From contig CAVQEQ010000002.1 in assembly GCA_963711565.1 (NCBI GenBank), positions 128,001-192,000 on the forward strand: 64,000 nt of DNA. The letters are read 5' to 3'. Of this stretch, positions 59,183 through 64,000 are shown piece by piece (position 1 is the stretch's first letter; the number at the start of each line of letters is the position of its first letter). The DNA comes from an uncultured delta proteobacterium. GTDB taxonomy: Bacteria > Desulfobacterota > Binatia > Binatales > Binataceae. Below the pieces are notes generated by a model. The model made no database searches, had not been told where the DNA came from, and was given only the letters and a program-made list of their open reading frames with translations. The position numbers and the translations under genes are program-made.

Positions 59183-60856
59183 CTACACGGTATTCACTGG
59201 CGAGTACTCGCCGAAGACCTTGCGCATCGCGTCCGAAATTTCCCCAAGCGTGCACCACCCGCGCACCGCATCGACGATCGGCGGCATCAGATTATCCCCG
59301 TCACGCGCCGCGCCCTCTACTCGCGCGAGCGCTCTCTTTGCGATCTCCGCGTTGCGTTCCGCCCGCACGCGCGCAACGCCCGCCTTCTGTTTCTGCTCGA
59401 GCTCCGGCTTGACCCGCAGAATTTCGCCCGGCGGTTCGCCGCCTCCGGTAAATTGATTGACCCCTACGATAATTCGCTGCTTCGTTTCAATCTCGCGCTG
59501 GTAAATAAATGCGGCGTTCTGAATTTCACGCTGCATGTAGCCGCGCTCGATCGCGGCGACCGCACCGCCGAAGTCGTCGATCTTCGACAGGTACTCGACC
59601 GCCTTTTCCTCCAGCTCGGTCGTGAGCCGCTCGACGTAGTACGAACCGCCGAGCGGATCGATTGTGTCCGCCACGTCCGACTCGTGCGCGATAAGCTGCT
59701 GCGTGCGCAGCGCCAGCAACACCGACGACTCAGTGGGTAGCGCGAGCGCCTCGTCCTTGGAGTTCGTATGCAGCGATTGCGCGCCGCCCAGCACTGCGGC
59801 CAGCGCCTGCATCGTCACGCGCACGACGTTGTTGTCCACCTGCTGCGCGGTCAGCGTCGAGCCCGCGGTCTGCGCATGGAATCGCATCATCATCGAGCGT
59901 TCGTCCTTCGCTCCGAAGCGCTCCTTCATAATTTTCGCCCACAGCCGGCGCGCCGCCCGGAACTTCGCGACTTCCTCGAAGAAATTGTTGTGCACGTTGA
60001 AAAAGAACGACAGCCGGCTCGCAAACGCGTCGATTTGCAGCCCCGCTTTCAGCGCCGCATCGACGTATGCAATCCCGTCGGCAATCGTGAACGCGAGTTC
60101 CTGCGCAGCCGTCGAGCCGGCCTCGCGGATGTGGTAGCCGGAAATCGAAATGGTGTTCCAGTTCGGAACTTCCTTCGTCGCAAAACTGAAAATATCGGTG
60201 ATGATCCGCATCGAGCCACGCGGCGGATAGATATACGTGCCGCGCGCGACGTACTCCTTCAGGACGTCGTTCTGGATAGTGCCGTTGACCTTGCTCCAGC
60301 TGACGCCGCGGCGCTCCGCAACGACCAGGTACAGCGCCAACAGGATCGACGCGGTCGCGTTGATCGTCATCGAGGTCGAAATTTTGTCGAGCGGCAACTC
60401 GGCGAGCAGCACGTCCATGTCGGCGAGCGAGCAAATCGGAACGCCGACGCGTCCGACCTCGCCTTCGGCCAGCGGATGATCGGAATCGCGGCCCATCTGG
60501 GTCGGCAAGTCGAACGCGACGGAGAGCCCAGTCTGCCCCTGCTCGAAGAGATAACGGTAGCGACGGTTCGATTCCTCCGCGCTGCCGAAGCCCGCGTACT
60601 GCCGCATCGTCCACAGCCGTCCGCGATACATCGTCGGCTGAACGCCGCGCGTAAACGGATATTCGCCGGGAAAGCCGAGGTCGTTCACGAAATCGAAGTC
60701 GTTCAGGTCTTCGGGATCGTACTCGCGCTTGACATCGATACCCGAGCTGGTGACGAACTTCTCTTTGCGTTCGGGGCCGCGCTTCAGCGAAGGATTGAGT
60801 TTGCGTTCCTCCCATTTTTTGCGGGCGCTTGCGATTTTGCGGTCGTCTTCAGCCAT
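59183..60856 (-). CDS. Methylmalonyl-CoA mutase, substrate-binding (N-terminal) subunit
   Basis: [30 protein letters not shown] and [11 protein letters not shown]; no B12-binding domain (split type). Confidence 0.93.
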   Translation of the reverse strand: MAEDDRKIASARKKWEERKLNPSLKRGPERKEKFVTSSGIDVKREYDPEDLNDFDFVNDLGFPGEYPFTRGVQPTMYRGRLWTMRQYAGFGSAEESNRRYRYLFEQGQTGLSVAFDLPTQMGRDSDHPLAEGEVGRVGVPICSLADMDVLLAELPLDKISTSMTINATASILLALYLVVAERRGVSWSKVNGTIQNDVLKEYVARGTYIYPPRGSMRIITDIFSFATKEVPNWNTISISGYHIREAGSTAAQELAFTIADGIAYVDAALKAGLQIDAFASRLSFFFNVHNNFFEEVAKFRAARRLWAKIMKERFGAKDERSMMMRFHAQTAGSTLTAQQVDNNVVRVTMQALAAVLGGAQSLHTNSKDEALALPTESSVLLALRTQQLIAHESDVADTIDPLGGSYYVERLTTELEEKAVEYLSKIDDFGGAVAAIERGYMQREIQNAAFIYQREIETKQRIIVGVNQFTGGGEPPGEILRVKPELEQKQKAGVARVRAERNAEIAKRALARVEGAARDGDNLMPPIVDAVRGWCTLGEISDAMRKVFGEYSPVNTV

Positions 60857-60860
60857 TGTC

Positions 60861-61364
60861 CTACTCGATAACGATCATCAGCTGGCCCTTCTCGACTGCC
60901 TGCCCCGCGACCACCTTCACTTCCACGACCTTGCCGGCTTTGGGCGCTTTGACTTCGTTTTCCATCTTCATCGCCTCGACGACGACGATTCCCTGCTCCG
61001 CTTTGACTTCGTCGCCAATTGCGACCAGCACGTTGACGATCCGGCCCGGCATCGCGGCTTTTATCTCGACGCGGCCGCTGACCTCGCGCCGTTTGCCGCC
61101 CGCATGCGCCGTCCGCCGGGCCGCATCGGCGACCGTCAGCCGCGTCGATCCGCTCCGCGACGCGACTACGGTTTCCTCGCCGTCGCGTGCCACGTCGAAA
61201 TCGAACGAACGATTGTTGACGATCACTGAAAAGGAGACCGGCCCGACCCTGCGCAAATCGGCTTCGAAACGATTCTCACCGAAACGAATCGCGAACGAGT
61301 CCGCAGTGAGCTCTTCAATCTCGATTTCGTGTTCGTCGCCGTCAAGAATCGCGAGGTAGCGCAT
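60861..61364 (-). CDS. Biotin carboxyl carrier protein
   Basis: EAMKMENE biotinylation motif. Confidence 0.93.
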   Translation of the reverse strand: MRYLAILDGDEHEIEIEELTADSFAIRFGENRFEADLRRVGPVSFSVIVNNRSFDFDVARDGEETVVASRSGSTRLTVADAARRTAHAGGKRREVSGRVEIKAAMPGRIVNVLVAIGDEVKAEQGIVVVEAMKMENEVKAPKAGKVVEVKVVAGQAVEKGQLMIVIE

Positions 61365-61380
61365 CGTTTAAGAGTCCGGG

Positions 61381-62895
61381 CTATCTCCGCAGCATGTCGA
61401 GCCGGCCGAGCATCCGCCATGCGGACGCATTCGGCGCGGCTACCGGCTGCGCGCCGGCGCCGTTGCCGTGATTGGCGTTCTTCTGCGCCGCGATAGCCGC
61501 GAGAAAAATCGCCGCCAGCTCCGCGCCGCAGGGGGCCCCGCCGTTTTGATTCGGATGGTACTCCTGGCTGATAAAATTAGTATCGAAATCGCCTTTCAGA
61601 AACCTGGGATGCGTGATGATCCAGCGATGGAAGTCGAGGTTGGTGCGCAGCTCTCCTGAAATAACAAATTCGCCGAGCGCGCGACGCATCCGGTCAATAG
61701 CCTGATCGCGATCCGCGCCCCAGACTGCCAGCTTGGAGATCATCGGATCGTAAAATACGGGCACTTCGGCGCCCGCGTAAACACCGGCGTCGTTGCGCAC
61801 GCCGGGACCGTCGGGAAATCTGAGCGTCTCGATCCTGCCCGGCGCCGGCACGAAGCCGGCCGCGGGATCTTCGGCATAGACGCGGCACTCGATCGCCCAT
61901 CCGCGTTGCGCGAGATCCTTTTGCTTGAACGGCAGCTTTGCGCCCGCCGCGATTTCAATCTGCGCTCGCACCAGATCGATGCCCGTCACCAGCTCGGTGA
62001 CGGGATGCTCGACCTGGATACGGGTGTTCATCTCGAGGAAATAAAAGTTGCGATCCGCGTCGGCCAGGAACTCGATCGTTCCCGCGCTGACGTAGTTCAC
62101 CGCCTTGGCTGCGCGCACCGCGACCTCGCCCATCTCGGCCCGCATCTTCGGCGTGATAAACGGCGACGGCGATTCCTCGACGACCTTCTGATGCCGCCGC
62201 TGAATCGAGCATTCGCGCTCGAAGAGGTGGACGGTGTTGCCGTGCGCGTCGGCCAGCACCTGCACTTCGATATGGCGCGGCTGCTTGAGAAATTTCTCGA
62301 CGTAGAAACGTCCGTCGCCGAATGACGACTTGGCCTCGCTTGCCACCGTGCGCACGATCGACGCGAGGTCCTTGCCGTTCTCGACGAAGCGCAAGCCCTT
62401 GCCGCCGCCGCCCGCCGCGGCCTTCACCATGATCGGAAACCCGATCTTTTTCGCGATCGCCGCGACTTCGGCTTCGGTCTCCAACGTGCCCGGCGATCCC
62501 GGCACTACTGGAACGCCGGCCTTCGACATCAGCTTGCGCGCTTCGACTTTGTCGCCCATCCGCTCGATCGCATCGGGCGGCGGGCCGATCCAGGTGAGGC
62601 CGGCTTTCTGCACCGCGCGTGCAAAGGCGGCCCGCTCGGAGAAAAATCCGTAACCCGGATGAACCGCGTCGGCCTTGAGCCGTTTCGCGGCTTCCAGAAT
62701 TTTTGCGGTATTGAGATAGCTCTCGGCCGCGGGCGGCGGGCCGACCGGGTACGCGTGGTCGGCTTCGCGCACGTGCAGTGCGGCGCGATCGGCGTCCGAG
62801 TACACTGCGATCGACTCGGTTCCCAACTCGCGGCACGCGCGGATGATCCGCACTGCGATCTCGCCGCGGTTGGCGATTAGAATCCGCTTGAACAT
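61381..62895 (-). CDS. accC: Biotin carboxylase subunit of an acyl-CoA carboxylase
   Basis: ILIANRGEIA, HPGYGF, ERECSIQRRHQK and EMNTRIQVEH. Confidence 0.93.
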   Translation of the reverse strand: MFKRILIANRGEIAVRIIRACRELGTESIAVYSDADRAALHVREADHAYPVGPPPAAESYLNTAKILEAAKRLKADAVHPGYGFFSERAAFARAVQKAGLTWIGPPPDAIERMGDKVEARKLMSKAGVPVVPGSPGTLETEAEVAAIAKKIGFPIMVKAAAGGGGKGLRFVENGKDLASIVRTVASEAKSSFGDGRFYVEKFLKQPRHIEVQVLADAHGNTVHLFERECSIQRRHQKVVEESPSPFITPKMRAEMGEVAVRAAKAVNYVSAGTIEFLADADRNFYFLEMNTRIQVEHPVTELVTGIDLVRAQIEIAAGAKLPFKQKDLAQRGWAIECRVYAEDPAAGFVPAPGRIETLRFPDGPGVRNDAGVYAGAEVPVFYDPMISKLAVWGADRDQAIDRMRRALGEFVISGELRTNLDFHRWIITHPRFLKGDFDTNFISQEYHPNQNGGAPCGAELAAIFLAAIAAQKNANHGNGAGAQPVAAPNASAWRMLGRLDMLRR

Positions 62896-62977
62896 CCGTC
62901 TTCCCTGGCCATCAAATTCTATACTGAATCCCGCCCACGCGAGCTAACCGCGCTGACCGGCGGGGCGACGATCTTTT

Positions 62978-64000
62978 TCAAAGTGGGATATTGCCGTGCT
63001 TGCGCGGCGGATTTTTTTCGCGCTTGTTCGCGAGCACCTTCAGCGCACTGATCACCTTGGGACGCGTGTCGCGCGGCATGATCACTTCATCTATATAGCC
63101 GAGCTCGGCCGCCTTGAACGGATTCGCAAAAGTCTTGCGATAGTCCTCGGTCAGCCGCGCGCGCTCGACCACCGCGTCTTTGGCCTTGGCGAGCTCGTTG
63201 CGAAAAACAATGTTGATCGCCTGCTCGGGTCCCATCACCGCAATCTCGGCGCTCGGGTACGCGAAGTTGAAGTCGCCGCGAATATGCTTCGACGACATGA
63301 CGTTGTACGCGCCGCCGTAAGCCTTGCGCGTGATCACCGTCACCTTCGGCACGGTCGCCTCGCAGAACGCGTAGAGCAGTTTCGCTCCGTGCCTGATTAT
63401 GCCCGCGAACTCCTGCTGGGTGCCGGGCAGAAATCCGGGCACATCGACGAACGTGACGAGTGGGATATTGAATGCGTCGCAGAAGCGCACGAAGCGCGCG
63501 GCCTTTACCGACGCGTCGATATCGAGCGCTCCCGCCAGGAACGACGGCTGATTCGCGACGATACCAACCGAATAACCGCCCATACGCGCAAACCCAATCA
63601 ACACGTTCTGCGCATAGTCCTTCTGCACTTCGAGGAAATGGCCGTCATCGACGACGCGCTGGATGATGTCCGCCATGCTGTAAGGCCTGTTCGGATTTTC
63701 GGGCACGATCGAATCGAGCGCGGGGTCCGTACGCGCAGCATCGTCATTGCTCGCGACGAACGGCGGATCTTCGACGTTGTTCGAGGGCATGTACGAGATC
63801 AGTTCGCGGATCATCGCGAGCGCGCCGGCGTCGTCGTCGGCCTCGAGATGACATACGCCCGACCTCTGGCTATGCGTGTCGGCGCCGCCCAGCTCCTGCA
63901 TCGTGACTTCCTCATGCGTGGTCGCGCGAATCACGTCGGGACCGGTGAGGAACATGTACGAGGTATCGCGCACCATCACGATGAAGTCCGTAATCGCCGG
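62978..64000 (-). CDS. pccB: Acyl-CoA (propionyl-CoA) carboxylase carboxyltransferase subunit, 5-prime truncated by the window
   Basis: DVPGFLPG, RKAYGGAY and KHGNIPL C-terminus. Confidence 0.9.
   Translation of the reverse strand, partial: PAITDFIVMVRDTSYMFLTGPDVIRATTHEEVTMQELGGADTHSQRSGVCHLEADDDAGALAMIRELISYMPSNNVEDPPFVASNDDAARTDPALDSIVPENPNRPYSMADIIQRVVDDGHFLEVQKDYAQNVLIGFARMGGYSVGIVANQPSFLAGALDIDASVKAARFVRFCDAFNIPLVTFVDVPGFLPGTQQEFAGIIRHGAKLLYAFCEATVPKVTVITRKAYGGAYNVMSSKHIRGDFNFAYPSAEIAVMGPEQAINIVFRNELAKAKDAVVERARLTEDYRKTFANPFKAAELGYIDEVIMPRDTRPKVISALKVLANKREKNPPRKHGNIPL

Noticed and set aside
59183-60856. Mutase as isobutyryl-CoA or ethylmalonyl-CoA mutase
   Set aside because: The RQYAGF Tyr and the YVARG Arg match methylmalonyl-CoA specificity residues

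Overview
High-GC (roughly 60-65% by eye) bacterial chromosomal window. The gene mix resembles Candidatus Binatota or related soil deltaproteobacteria, but this is an impression I cannot verify. Housekeeping content: MdtABC-type RND efflux, recN-nadK, nfo, trpS, proS, a peptide ABC transporter, an acyl-CoA carboxylase/methylmalonyl-CoA mutase operon, a LemA/TPM operon and tRNA-Ala(GGC). Highlights: (1) three tandem, divergent, secreted collagen-like paralogues (19784-22881) with matched uninterrupted Gly-X-Y tracts of 30, 28 and 29 triplets and C1q/BclA-like heads. This is a candidate bacterial heterotrimeric collagen, and it is followed by a secreted MauG-like dihaem enzyme. (2) Two selenoprotein genes hidden from the ORF track, each with an in-frame UGA and a SECIS-like hairpin: an orphan PrdB/GrdB-like UxxC protein (18565-19413) and an Rdx/SelW CxxU protein (58224-58526). 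(3) A TetR-controlled cluster of three Tyr-less SDRs, three GST-type proteins and a CoA-transferase. (4) A LemA operon interrupted by a DUF1566 gene and a MITE-like element. (5) An Xre-RES toxin-antitoxin pair next to the tRNA. Three apparent 1-2 bp frameshifts (LLM gene, GST, recN) are probably assembly errors. All family assignments come from motifs recognised by eye; no database searches were run.
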